Made by a program: the position numbers and the translations under genes. From positions 1 through 40,657 of the IMG/VR virus record IMGVR_UViG_3300012953_000068: DNA of 40,657 nt. The stretch is one strand, 5' to 3'. Shown here piece after piece: positions 26,222-36,089 of this stretch (within the stretch, counting starts at the first letter, position 1; every line of letters starts with the position of its first letter). Below the pieces are notes generated by a model that was not told the DNA's origin, did no database searches, and was given only the letters and a program-made list of their open reading frames with translations. This DNA comes from a virus (Duplodnaviria; Caudoviricetes).

Positions 26222-26996
26222 TCGGAAGCGCCACCCTCCCGTGCTTTAAGCACTCAGGACATTTCATATCTACAGAAAGATCAATTCCTGGCTCATTATC
26301 TTTTATGTAAATTCTTAAAGCCCTCGAGTCTCTAGCTGGCATCTTAGAGATAAACTGACCTATAGCATTTCTATCATCCACACCGTCAATTGCAACAATC
26401 TGATACTCAAGCCTGGATGTTACATCTCTGTCAACTGATTGACCCCCAGTCATTCTTCTCATTCTAGAGAGAGTAATGCTCCGCTCCTCTTCTTCTTTGC
26501 CTGATAGAAACTTAAAGTGAACAGTTTTTCCAGTTACGGGAAGCTTAAATTCAAATATGTTCTGGTCGTCGACAACAGAGGGAATCTCAAGCCTTTTAAT
26601 GGAGAGATCACCCAGATTAAAACTCTGGTTTGATCTTGCCGAACAGTGAGGGCAAGTTGTTAAAGCATCATACTTTGCCCCGTAGCCTGTGATTCTAATT
26701 GCAACCATCAGAGCGTTCCTGTCACCTGAAAGCAAATCATCAGGATCAATACTCTTATCAATGATACAGGATGCAAGTAGCTGTGTTAGCACCTTGCCCT
26801 GCTTAATCAAAGCAGATGACATTAAGATGTCTTCTTCTCTAGCAGTCATTGACTTAATTTCAATAAACTCCCTGCCGTAGAGAGGTGAATCTTTAGGGTA
26901 AACTTTCCCCTTTGAAGGTAGCGGAACAGCTTCAACTGGAATCTCCCAGTTAAATTTCTCCTTTACAAGGTCCTGTTTCTCAATTAAATCGCTCAT
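26193..26996 (-). CDS. gp26-like baseplate hub/tail assembly chaperone
   Basis: VPLPSKG, MTAREEDIL, DRNALMVAIRITGYG, CPHC, LPVTGKTVHFKFL, CPEC, ends NFFWPE. Lies between tube and tape measure. Confidence 0.8.
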   Translation of the reverse strand: MSDLIEKQDLVKEKFNWEIPVEAVPLPSKGKVYPKDSPLYGREFIEIKSMTAREEDILMSSALIKQGKVLTQLLASCIIDKSIDPDDLLSGDRNALMVAIRITGYGAKYDALTTCPHCSARSNQSFNLGDLSIKRLEIPSVVDDQNIFEFKLPVTGKTVHFKFLSGKEEEERSITLSRMRRMTGGQSVDRDVTSRLEYQIVAIDGVDDRNAIGQFISKMPARDSRALRIYIKDNEPGIDLSVDMKCPECLKHGRVALPIGANFFWPE

Positions 26997-27017
26997 TGCT
27001 TTATTTTCTCCTTTAAA

Positions 27018-27046
27018 AATTTACAGAGTTTATAAGCAGTCGTAAA
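27018..27046 (-). promoter_or_regulatory. Sigma70-like promoter for the chaperone gene (TTTACG-17 nt-TAAATT)
   Basis: -35 at 27041-27046, -10 at 27018-27023, directly after the tube terminator. Confidence 0.45.
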
Positions 27047-27047
27047 T

Positions 27048-27074
27048 AAAAAACCCGGCATTATGCCGGGTTTT
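27048..27074 (-). terminator. Rho-independent terminator after tail tube gene
   Basis: AAAACCCGGCA-TAA-TGCCGGGTTTTTT on the - strand. A T4 tract on the + strand makes it potentially bidirectional. Confidence 0.85.
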
Positions 27075-27096
27075 AGAAGGAGATTTTTATTATAAT

Positions 27097-27588
27097 TTAG
27101 TACTGTAGAACACAGTTATCATAGCGTAGAGTCAGATCAATAGTGACTGGAGTCTGATCTGTATCATAGGTAAGTGTCTGGAAGTTAACTGAGTTGATCA
27201 TGGCACCTTTCATGTCCCATCTTTCAACAACGGTTCCGATTGGATCCAAAAGCTTAATTTGAATGTCTCTCTTGTAGAAGTCAGCGTAACCAGCACGTCC
27301 GGAAACTGATTCATAGTGAGTTCTAATCCACTCCATGACCTGCTGAGCCCCGGAAGGTGCAATAGGATCATAAAGGGAGATGCTCATTGTCTGAAATTGC
27401 ATGCGCCCACTTAGGTATCTATAGGAATTGATGAAAGGAATTGCTAACTCTTGAAACTGCATCTGAGGTCTGGCTGCTGTCTTCATTAGAAAGGAATCTA
27501 TCCCCTCTATAGCGAAGACCCAGCGAAACTGACGCTTGGGCTCAAATTTGTTAGGTAGCATTTCGCTAACTGAAAGTGTTTCTGCCAT
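27097..27588 (-). CDS. Tail tube protein (T4 gp19-like)
   Basis: FEPKRQFRW, LYDPIAPSGAQQVMEW, GYADFYKRDI, LDPIG..VERW, LTLRYD. 163 aa, follows the sheaths. AGGAG RBS. Confidence 0.88.
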   Translation of the reverse strand: MAETLSVSEMLPNKFEPKRQFRWVFAIEGIDSFLMKTAARPQMQFQELAIPFINSYRYLSGRMQFQTMSISLYDPIAPSGAQQVMEWIRTHYESVSGRAGYADFYKRDIQIKLLDPIGTVVERWDMKGAMINSVNFQTLTYDTDQTPVTIDLTLRYDNCVLQY

Positions 27589-27615
27589 TTGAATAATCTC
27601 CTAAGTTTTCATTTA

Positions 27616-27623
27616 ATAATTAT
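27616..27623 (-). promoter_or_regulatory. Putative late promoter motif ATAATTAT
   Basis: ATANTTAW match in the sheath-tube gap. Confidence 0.55.
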
Positions 27624-27637
27624 AACGCTACTTTGCT

Positions 27638-30600
27638 TTAAACACTGTCAAAATTGCTAGCATTTGCAACTGTAAAGTCAAGCGCAATAAACTCTGCAGT
27701 TCTTGTGGGTTGTAAGTATATCTTACCTCTAATTGTGTTATTCTCTATATCTGCTGCCGTTGTTGTCGTAGTATCGATTATAACCTTGTACCTTTCTACA
27801 CCCTGTTCATTCTGAACTCTCTGCATTATCGGTCGGACTAGAGCATTAAATCTATCAAGCGTCTCTTGCCTATTCGGTTCGAAGAGCATGGCGTTAGCGA
27901 CTGCCTTGACCTGCCTCCTAACATTAATAAGAAGTCTTCTTACATTAATTCTATCTAGAGCAGAAGCGTTGGCTAGCAATGTTTTCTGGCCCCAGACAAC
28001 CGAGTTCTTTCCTGCGAACGTGGCCAGAGGATTAATTGAAACAGCGTATAGCTTGTTGAGATCCTCTCTCTCAAGGGCGAATGTAGTTCCCGTTATGCTT
28101 GGATCAACAGTACCTCGCGTATAGCCAGCAGGTGCGAACCATGGTTCTCCCCTATCGTCATTCTGAGACATTACGCCTAGAGCAGCAACACTAGCGGGAG
28201 CTGTTTGTAAGCCGTTACCATCACCGATATCAATATTAATATCTGGCCAGTATGCACCAGCAAAAGATGAGTTCAGCCCGCGAGCTGTAAATCCAGCTGC
28301 AGTGTACGTGGTGCTTGGAATTATATCAACACCAGCAGAATCCTTAGAGCTTGTCATAATCTTGTTAAACGAATCTCTCTGTTCAATATCCATGACGTAA
28401 AATGCATCAAATCTACTCTCAACAGCTGAAATTGCGTAATCAGTTACACTAGAGTGTCTAATTCCTGGAATTGCTAGAAGATTAATCTCGACATCTGATT
28501 TGACTCCCATGATATCAATAGCTTTTCTATATGCTGCTATAGTAGGACCATTACGACCGCCCTGGTTTAGCTCGTCGTCTATTTCTCTCTTGCAAGCAGC
28601 AGAGCTCATCTCGACTCTATCGCGATTGAAAATATCGTGACCGTCAAAGCCACCCTGCATGAAGACTGTAAACTTTGCGAAACGCTGATTTCCCGTATCA
28701 CCAATAGTTGGATTTAGATCGTTAATGCTAAAGGCGCGCATTCCTCGAACATCGGTTGCGATAGTACCGTCTCTAACGTATGAAGCACTACCCCATGCCT
28801 TGATATCAGAGTCTGCTATGTCTCCCAAAGAGCCAGTCTTAACCCTGATCCGCTCAAGTGTAAAGAGGTCATTATTAAACTTATCACTATCTAGAATTGT
28901 GCCTTGATAGTCGGCCTCGCCAGCATTATTTCCGACAACGAAGTTCCACCCGGAAGGGTTAAACTGCGGGAAGAAGAGAGTGCGATCTTCCATCGATAAA
29001 TCAAAATCGGCTGTAGACTCATTGAGGCTTCTAAGATTATCAACGCCAAATGCGTCAGTAATAATATTATCCTTCACGCGCTTTCTAAATTGAACTCCCC
29101 AGAATAAATTAGCATTCGCATCAACTTCGCCAATAGTTGATGACGTAGCTGAAATTCCGGCTCGAATATCTTTTCTAAAGCGCAGGGGCAATTCAACGGC
29201 TCTCTTGATGAATGGATTAGCCGCAGAGTATCCGTGACACATTTCGCCTGGATTGTGTTCGTTACTATGGATTGATTCTTTCCGATTGTAATCAGTAATC
29301 GAAGCTAGTGGATTAGTACCAGAAGTCACGAGGTGATCTGGGCCTCGGAATCCTAAAGGTAACGCCTTTTCTGGAACTCTTCCCAGCTCTAGCGTCCTTG
29401 GAATTTCAACTCTAATTCTGGAAGAGTTTCCAGCAAAGTTGCCTTTCACAACGAGCTTCTGGCTACCTTGATCCTGATCAAAGTCGTAGTAGGTGTAACG
29501 ATCACCGATTACTCTTCCAATATATCTTTCGCTGGAGGGATCTAGGTTAACAGGCCAAGACTCAAGCACCTCAAGTGTATCGTCACCATCTGTAAATGCC
29601 CTGACAACGACTTCAAATGTACCGTACTGGTTGCTAGCAGCGGTAGGCTTGGGTGCTATACCCCTGATTGAGATCTTGTATCTCTTTGTCGGTGCTGCAC
29701 CGTCTCCCCTCGCGTGAATTCTAAAGAGATTATAGCGCGCTCCACCAAAATCCTGTGAGATAAAGAACGGAGTCTTTGCAGCCTGGAATCTCTCCTGGAA
29801 TGACTCGTAGTTAGGCTTACCGATCGCAGCTGTATCTCTACCTGCTGAGCCTGATGTGATGAAGGCACAGTTTTCGAGCTGATCTCCGGCTGTGTCTGTG
29901 TAAACCTGGTTGGGCAAGACACCGCTTCCCGTAACAACAGCGAAAGCCGGATTAATATCTGTGTGATAGTAGAGATAGTGACCCTTCTCCTGAATCTTGT
30001 ATGGGTCCCTGTTTATCTTCTCGTTGTCTCCCAGCCAGAAAGGTTTTGTTGAGTTAAACGAGGCTGTAATCATATTCGGGCTATCAGCGGTTGCCTTGTG
30101 ACCATTGAGAAGAAGGACAAAGCTATCACTATCTAGATTAACTGTTCCGGACATTCCACCCTTAATGTACTTACCGTTACCTCGTTCAATCAGTAGTTCA
30201 TTTGCTGGTCCTGATGAAGCTGTAATATGGTTAGGCACTAAGTTACCGCCATCAGAAGATGCCGTCATCTCTGTGCTTCGGTTAAAGCTGCACGAAAGTC
30301 GGGGCATGACCCCGGAAGGGCACATTAGAATCGCTCTAACGATAGGTACGGAGCCCGTAAGTGCATCAGCTTTTATCAGCCCAGCCTCCTGAAAGACAGT
30401 AGAGCCTGCTGATTCTGACATGAAGCAACCCAGGAAGTAGGTTCGACCTAGAGCTGGCGCCCCAGCCCCTGGCGTGTCTGATGCAGCGATACCTGGTGCT
30501 GCCTTGGGGTTTGCTCCTATGATCCCATTATCTTGAATCATCTGGCCACCAACTGCAAACCCGGCTCGGCTTACCTTTCCGCTCGATGTTGATCTCTTCT

Positions 30601-30880
30601 TTCCGTCACCTGCGCCCAAGACCTTAAGATAGGTTAAGGCATTGGCATTGTTAAGAAATGTGTAGACGGCCATGGGACCAAACTTCTTACCATCGGTAGC
30701 ACCAAACACAGCAGTAAAAGCACTGAATGTGGGACCTACTGTAATTGGAACAAAAGCCGGGCCCTCAGTTGAAGTTCCGATAACACCTGCTGGGATGCCT
30801 GTCGGTCCTTGTGCTGAAGGCTGGGAGAGATCTGTCTCAGTTGCGAAAACTCCAGCGCTTTTATAAATTTTCTCTGCCAT
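27638..30880 (-). CDS. Tail sheath protein, paralog B (gp18-like)
   Basis: KSAGVFATETDLS, GPAFVP, FMQGGFDG, PWFAPAGYTRG, WGQKTL, LDRINVRRLL, FEPN, IYLQPTRTAEFI. Confidence 0.93.
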   Translation of the reverse strand: MAEKIYKSAGVFATETDLSQPSAQGPTGIPAGVIGTSTEGPAFVPITVGPTFSAFTAVFGATDGKKFGPMAVYTFLNNANALTYLKVLGAGDGKKRSTSSGKVSRAGFAVGGQMIQDNGIIGANPKAAPGIAASDTPGAGAPALGRTYFLGCFMSESAGSTVFQEAGLIKADALTGSVPIVRAILMCPSGVMPRLSCSFNRSTEMTASSDGGNLVPNHITASSGPANELLIERGNGKYIKGGMSGTVNLDSDSFVLLLNGHKATADSPNMITASFNSTKPFWLGDNEKINRDPYKIQEKGHYLYYHTDINPAFAVVTGSGVLPNQVYTDTAGDQLENCAFITSGSAGRDTAAIGKPNYESFQERFQAAKTPFFISQDFGGARYNLFRIHARGDGAAPTKRYKISIRGIAPKPTAASNQYGTFEVVVRAFTDGDDTLEVLESWPVNLDPSSERYIGRVIGDRYTYYDFDQDQGSQKLVVKGNFAGNSSRIRVEIPRTLELGRVPEKALPLGFRGPDHLVTSGTNPLASITDYNRKESIHSNEHNPGEMCHGYSAANPFIKRAVELPLRFRKDIRAGISATSSTIGEVDANANLFWGVQFRKRVKDNIITDAFGVDNLRSLNESTADFDLSMEDRTLFFPQFNPSGWNFVVGNNAGEADYQGTILDSDKFNNDLFTLERIRVKTGSLGDIADSDIKAWGSASYVRDGTIATDVRGMRAFSINDLNPTIGDTGNQRFAKFTVFMQGGFDGHDIFNRDRVEMSSAACKREIDDELNQGGRNGPTIAAYRKAIDIMGVKSDVEINLLAIPGIRHSSVTDYAISAVESRFDAFYVMDIEQRDSFNKIMTSSKDSAGVDIIPSTTYTAAGFTARGLNSSFAGAYWPDINIDIGDGNGLQTAPASVAALGVMSQNDDRGEPWFAPAGYTRGTVDPSITGTTFALEREDLNKLYAVSINPLATFAGKNSVVWGQKTLLANASALDRINVRRLLINVRRQVKAVANAMLFEPNRQETLDRFNALVRPIMQRVQNEQGVERYKVIIDTTTTTAADIENNTIRGKIYLQPTRTAEFIALDFTVANASNFDSV

Positions 30881-30904
30881 TTAATTGAACTCCGTTTTAT
30901 ATGA

Positions 30905-30912
30905 TTAACTAT
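30905..30912 (-). promoter_or_regulatory. Putative late promoter motif ATAGTTAA
   Basis: ATANTTAW match in the 35-nt gap between the two sheath genes. Confidence 0.55.
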
Positions 30913-30915
30913 TGG

Positions 30916-33900
30916 TTAAACAAAATCTACACCTGCATTTGTTATAATAAAGTCTATAGCAATAAACTCTACTGCTCTCGTTGGAACCATGACAATGCGA
31001 CCGTTTAAGATGTTGTTGACAATATCATCTTCTGTGTTATTTGAAGAATCCATTACAACTCTAAACTGATCAATCCCTTGTTGTGCTTGAACATTTGAGA
31101 GTAGAGGTACAACTTCAGCAACGAACCTTGCGCGAGTCTGCGGTGTGTTTTGCTCAAATACAAGGCTTGTTGCAACATCACTAACGATGCGCTTAACTTC
31201 CAGAAGCATTCTTCTAACATTAACTCTATCTAGAGAGCTTCTAGCTATCTGCAACGTCTTTTGACCAAATATTACAAAGCCAGCTGTTGGGAAAGAAGCG
31301 ATCGGGTTGATCTTGTTCTCGTAGAGATAATCTCTATCTGCCTGGTTCAGTCTGACACCGATGTTTGAGACGAAGCCAAGTGACCCTCTATTGAATCCAG
31401 CTGGTGCGAACCATGGGTAAGATACACTGTCACTATATCCTAGTGCACCTAAAGCAGCAATTGATGAAGGAACATTAACGGGTCGATTATTTATCGAGTC
31501 AAATATTGTAACATCTGGGAAATATGTCGCTGCGTAATTATTGTTAACTGATCTGCCGGCTAGCTTGTTAGCTGTCTTCTCAACGTGGGGTGCATTCTCA
31601 CTGTCAGCATAGAGGCGAACACCGGATGAGTCGTAGGAAGGGATATCCATAATATAGAAAGCTCTTCCAAAAGTCTTGAGCCTCTCTAGGACATAATTTG
31701 TCAAGGCAGAATCTCTAATTCCAGGTATGACAACAATATTTACCCTAGATGAAACATCGGAAGTGAGAATCTTAGCAGCCGTCTTGTAAGAGTGGACTAT
31801 AGAGTTCTCAGGAGCTTTTCCAAATACGTTTGCCGTGGATTTTAGTCCGATATCCAAAGCTAGGCCTGTAGCCATACCGCCAGGATCAGCAGAAGAAGCC
31901 TTGTCATCCATGTTTGCCATGTTAAAATCTAAAATGTTTAATCCGTCAAATCCGCCGTACATCATATTTGTAAACTTTGTGAAATCACTAAATCTATTGA
32001 AAGGAACTGAAGATGTTAGAGCAGCAAGAGATCCAAATGTCAACCTTCTAAAGTTTGGTGACCTTACATCATCAGCAACAGTATACATGCTTGGGTCAAT
32101 AACTCCGTCTCTTATGTAAGCAGCTTGCAGCATGTGATCTGAGACTGACCCAGTAACCTGAGCTAGAACCGCATCTGTTACTGATGTTGCAGATCCCGTA
32201 CTGTTGTAAAGAGCAACTCTAGAGAGAGTAAATTTATTATTATTAAATTTATCAGCACCGGAGCCTGTTGTGAACATATCCAGCTTAGCAATTCCTAGGA
32301 ATTTTGAGTAAGCTGTAATCAGTCTATTGGGACCGCCGTCTAGGTTTGACTGGTAAATAGCGTTTCCGATGGCACCACCCGGATTGCTTGATGAAACTGG
32401 AAGTCTTTCAAATTTAACACCCCAGTAAAATCTTGCGTCAGCCTCTTCTAGGGATCCTGGCTCACCGAGGAACCCAGCAGATGTTTTAACGGCGCCTCGT
32501 GTACATTTAAACCTGAGTGGTACTGGCGGTAGTATCGACCCAGTCATATTGCCCGGCGTGAGTGGGGCGATGGCAAGTGACTCTGCGGAATTTTTCACTG
32601 CTACAGATTGAAGCAAGAATCCCGGGTTCGTAGTTATCGTAAGTCTGCGGGGGGTTTGAGAAGCAGCAGCAATCCCCTTCATTGCAGCCCCTCCGTCAGT
32701 CATAGTGTCGTTAGTCTTTAGTGAAGGTAATCCTCTAAAGCCGAAAGGAAGAGCTGAGGGTGGCACTAGGCCTTCCTCGAGAGGTCCAGAAGGCTTGATT
32801 CTAATTCTACTGGACCTGTTAGCGTATTTTCCAGTCACGATAACTTTTTGCTCTGCAGTTATGGAAGAGTCAAAGTTATAGTATGCATGAAAATCTCCAA
32901 CTTGTCTGCAGATGTAGTTCTCACTCTGCGGGTTTAGAGAGCAATCTCCATACCTTTCAAGAACATTTGGATTCTCGTCAGTATCGCTGAAATCTCTAAC
33001 CTCAAGGGTAAAAGTTCCGTAAGGGTCTGCACCTGGATCAGCTGATTTTTTAATATTGCTTATCGATATTTTAAATTTAGTATTTGCAACGGCACCGTCA
33101 GAGATGGTCTCAACTCTAAAGAGGTCATATTCATCAACACCAAACATCTGCGAGATAAACATTGTTGTGGTAGGAGTTTTGTACCTAGTGTCAAATCTTC
33201 CAAAGGCAGTCTGGAACTTCTGAGAAGTTCCTAGTCCACTATCACTTGAGCCGGCGGCGCCTGATCCCGAGACTAGCGCGACGGAACCTGATAGTGCATC
33301 TAGGCGTGCTGCTGAGCCTCGATCAACACGAGCGATTTCACTCTCAACTGCAAAATCAGCGTAAAGCAAGTGCTGCTCTTTTTGAAACTGCTCAGGATCT
33401 GTATTAAGAACGTTAGCAATGTAAGCAGGGTGCGCAGGATTTAGAGATGCAGTTACAACTCTAACTCCCGGGAATCCATCGGTTGCTCCGAAAGAAGCAC
33501 CGGCCGACGATGATATAACAAGCTTAAAGAGACCGTCTGAAGAAGGCCTGGCGACATCATTGTTGGCAAGGGGGTCGGGAGAATAAGTTGCGGAAGCATA
33601 GCACAAAATATTAAACCTTGTCCCAGAGGCAGGCATTAACATTCCACGAACTAGGTTGACTGTATTAACAGTTAGCGGTGTCGAATCATTGTCAGTAAGG
33701 ACTGGGTAGCCTACTGACTCAGAAGCAGAGACGTAATGTCTAGCAACCAAGAAAGTTAAGCTACCGTTCATGCGACCAGCACCAGCCTTATCGGAATCTG
33801 GGCCTACATAAGTCCCTTCTATGGCAAACCCTGCGCCACGAACCGTTCCTGCAACCAGTGTTGTACTTATGTCTGAATCTTTTACGTTAGCACCTGCACC

Positions 33901-34158
33901 AAGTACTCTTACGTAAGTGACAGCTGTTCTATTATTTAGAAACTCTTTGACAGCATACGGGCCAAAGAGGTCCGGGTCTAAAGATCCAAATCTATTCTCA
34001 AAATCTACAAAAGACCCCACAGTTACTGGCACGAATGCAGGTCCCATCTGTGCGGTACCGACAATTCCAGCTGGAACTCCGGAAACCGAAGTTTGAGTTT
34101 GTGAGAGGTCTATTTCTCTTTCGAAGAAGCCGGGTGATTTAAATATCTGCTCAGCCAT
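30916..34158 (-). CDS. Tail sheath protein, paralog A (gp18-like)
   Basis: KSPGFFEREIDLS, GPAFVP, MYGGFDG, PWFAPAGFNRG, FGQKTL, LDRVNVRRML, FEQN, PTRAVEFI. ATG 34158 follows AGGAG. Confidence 0.93.
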   Translation of the reverse strand: MAEQIFKSPGFFEREIDLSQTQTSVSGVPAGIVGTAQMGPAFVPVTVGSFVDFENRFGSLDPDLFGPYAVKEFLNNRTAVTYVRVLGAGANVKDSDISTTLVAGTVRGAGFAIEGTYVGPDSDKAGAGRMNGSLTFLVARHYVSASESVGYPVLTDNDSTPLTVNTVNLVRGMLMPASGTRFNILCYASATYSPDPLANNDVARPSSDGLFKLVISSSAGASFGATDGFPGVRVVTASLNPAHPAYIANVLNTDPEQFQKEQHLLYADFAVESEIARVDRGSAARLDALSGSVALVSGSGAAGSSDSGLGTSQKFQTAFGRFDTRYKTPTTTMFISQMFGVDEYDLFRVETISDGAVANTKFKISISNIKKSADPGADPYGTFTLEVRDFSDTDENPNVLERYGDCSLNPQSENYICRQVGDFHAYYNFDSSITAEQKVIVTGKYANRSSRIRIKPSGPLEEGLVPPSALPFGFRGLPSLKTNDTMTDGGAAMKGIAAASQTPRRLTITTNPGFLLQSVAVKNSAESLAIAPLTPGNMTGSILPPVPLRFKCTRGAVKTSAGFLGEPGSLEEADARFYWGVKFERLPVSSSNPGGAIGNAIYQSNLDGGPNRLITAYSKFLGIAKLDMFTTGSGADKFNNNKFTLSRVALYNSTGSATSVTDAVLAQVTGSVSDHMLQAAYIRDGVIDPSMYTVADDVRSPNFRRLTFGSLAALTSSVPFNRFSDFTKFTNMMYGGFDGLNILDFNMANMDDKASSADPGGMATGLALDIGLKSTANVFGKAPENSIVHSYKTAAKILTSDVSSRVNIVVIPGIRDSALTNYVLERLKTFGRAFYIMDIPSYDSSGVRLYADSENAPHVEKTANKLAGRSVNNNYAATYFPDVTIFDSINNRPVNVPSSIAALGALGYSDSVSYPWFAPAGFNRGSLGFVSNIGVRLNQADRDYLYENKINPIASFPTAGFVIFGQKTLQIARSSLDRVNVRRMLLEVKRIVSDVATSLVFEQNTPQTRARFVAEVVPLLSNVQAQQGIDQFRVVMDSSNNTEDDIVNNILNGRIVMVPTRAVEFIAIDFIITNAGVDFV

Positions 34159-34189
34159 TAACAAATCTCCTGTTCTACTCTATACAGGT

Positions 34190-34197
34190 ATAACTAT
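34190..34197 (-). promoter_or_regulatory. Putative late promoter motif ATAGTTAT
   Basis: ATANTTAW match upstream of sheath A. Confidence 0.55.
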
Positions 34198-34218
34198 CAC
34201 TTACGAGATCAAAAAACA

Positions 34219-35415
34219 CTATTCAGATGTAGGTGAATCTAATGTTGTTTGTAAATTTATCTCTATTCTTCCGCTAGCAACTGTCTCACCTGTTCTTTCA
34301 TTCTTAGAGACTATCTTTGCAACTTGCGGAGATGACTCACCAGTAAAGGGATTTTTTATAGTTTCATAAACTTTTGCTGATGTTTGTCCTCTTTTTAGCT
34401 CTGTCATTGACTCAGACTCTATCTCAGAGAGAATAAAATTATTTTGATCAACAACACCTTCTGGGTTTTCACTAGTTGTAAAAACCCTGTTGTCAACTTG
34501 CTGATATCCAAACTCTATTTGAGGTGCTGATTGGTATTTTCTAAAAGGGCTAGGCAACCCAGCTTGTTTGGAAGCAAAAATATAAGCCGGGACATCTATG
34601 TTAAAATTGTATCTAATAATTCTTTCGTCTTTAGAAAAGTCATTAAAGTTATCAGCTGAAGCTAACGGAGAATTAATAAATGCAACATACTCAAGACCCT
34701 CAGGAGTAGTCATTTTAAATCCTGTATCCTGACCTGTGAATCTTGACATCATTACTTCGATCATTTGGTTCATATTCTGGACATACTGAGTCCAGAAAAC
34801 TATCTCGTAAGATACAACCATGAATGTTGGGTATGGTGCTGTAATTATCTCAAATATATTATCTGTAAGCCTATTATTTAGAGAAGTCACAGTTTTATCA
34901 GCGACTAGGGATAAATTTTTCCCATTTCTTCTTGTAGCAAGAGTCCCGGGCTTGGCCTCATTTCCAGGAAAAACATCCTTCTTTGAAAAATTTTCCCTAC
35001 TTGAGACGTTCTTCTGGTTCATCACACCAAATCTATTAATGATATTTTGATAATCTCGATCTTTAGGCGAAAGCCTTTTTTTCACAGTATAGAGAGGTTG
35101 GTCTCTAAAGGCTATTGGCGTACCATATCCGCCCTGGTTCGGAGATATGTCGATAGACTTTCGGTAGATTGCAATAACTGGGAGTATTATGGTGTTATTT
35201 CTATCTCTTATTGGAGAATTTCTTCTCGTAAGGGCAAATCTTTCACCTGTTGAAAAAACAACTGGGACCTTTGTGGACTGATCGTCGATCTTGACTTGAA
35301 AAGGAAGGTCTTTGTCAAAGAGGCTAAACACGGCCCGATCTACAGTCTCTATTCCCGCAGAAGGTAAGCTAAAGTCATTTGCCTCTGGCAGTGAGTCTCT
35401 ATCTTCAATGCTCAT
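34219..35415 (-). CDS. Putative tail completion/terminator protein (gp15-like)
   Basis: KVPVVFSTGERF, ILPVIAIYR, PYPTFMVVSYEIVFWT, FNIDVPAYI. Occupies the gp15 position between neck and sheath genes. Confidence 0.6.
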   Translation of the reverse strand: MSIEDRDSLPEANDFSLPSAGIETVDRAVFSLFDKDLPFQVKIDDQSTKVPVVFSTGERFALTRRNSPIRDRNNTIILPVIAIYRKSIDISPNQGGYGTPIAFRDQPLYTVKKRLSPKDRDYQNIINRFGVMNQKNVSSRENFSKKDVFPGNEAKPGTLATRRNGKNLSLVADKTVTSLNNRLTDNIFEIITAPYPTFMVVSYEIVFWTQYVQNMNQMIEVMMSRFTGQDTGFKMTTPEGLEYVAFINSPLASADNFNDFSKDERIIRYNFNIDVPAYIFASKQAGLPSPFRKYQSAPQIEFGYQQVDNRVFTTSENPEGVVDQNNFILSEIESESMTELKRGQTSAKVYETIKNPFTGESSPQVAKIVSKNERTGETVASGRIEINLQTTLDSPTSE

Positions 35416-35423
35416 AGTTTACC

Positions 35424-36086
35424 TCACTCGTCGCCGTAGAAACCTGGTCCCGCATTGCTTCCTGCCTGGTCTGTTACACTTTGCGGACCTGATATTGGTT
35501 TATCTAGGACATCATTCTTCTGAAGCTCACGTACGTCCCCAGTGACTCCCTCCTGGTTCTTTGCAAAACCCCTTTGTTGGTAGAATTCATCTTGAACAGC
35601 ATCCGGATCTGAATACCTCTCGTCTGTCGGGCCGAAGACATGCGTTTCGAATTGACCTTTTCTTGCCTGTTTTCCTGTAATTGTTACGAAACCCTTGTGC
35701 TCAACTTCACCATATATGGTGCTAGAGTCAGGAACAGTTATGATCTCAAAAAATACTTCACCATAGCTAAAAAAATCGCCTTCCTGGACAGTAATGCCCT
35801 TGTCTATCAGGTCTCTCTCTTGTACATAGGCTTCAATGGTATAGTACTCTTCGCTTCCAAACTTATTTGCTCTAATATCCTGGGGCTGGTATTTAACCAG
35901 GGCATCGATCTTTATTGGATTTTCAAAAACTTTTCTTGTTGACTCTTCGTAAATATCGTGAACATTTGACTTTGTCGTAGAGATTGTGTAGTAATAGATT
36001 GCTTGACCTACCACATCCTTGACAACTTCTTTTCCAATATCGTTAATAAAGTTAATTTCTCTAGGTGTTATAAAAAGTCTACTCAT
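35424..36086 (-). CDS. Putative neck/head-closure protein (gp14-like)
   Basis: GQAIYYY, DIYEE...F.NPI, EGDFFSYG patterns; synteny. Confidence 0.6.
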   Translation of the reverse strand: MSRLFITPREINFINDIGKEVVKDVVGQAIYYYTISTTKSNVHDIYEESTRKVFENPIKIDALVKYQPQDIRANKFGSEEYYTIEAYVQERDLIDKGITVQEGDFFSYGEVFFEIITVPDSSTIYGEVEHKGFVTITGKQARKGQFETHVFGPTDERYSDPDAVQDEFYQQRGFAKNQEGVTGDVRELQKNDVLDKPISGPQSVTDQAGSNAGPGFYGDE

Positions 36087-36089
36087 ATT

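Noticed and set aside
15884-35415. Extracellular contractile injection system or tailocin (multiple sheaths, tube, LysM, hub)
   Set aside because: A gp23-like capsid, neck genes and phage replication genes are contiguous with the tail genes, so this is a phage.
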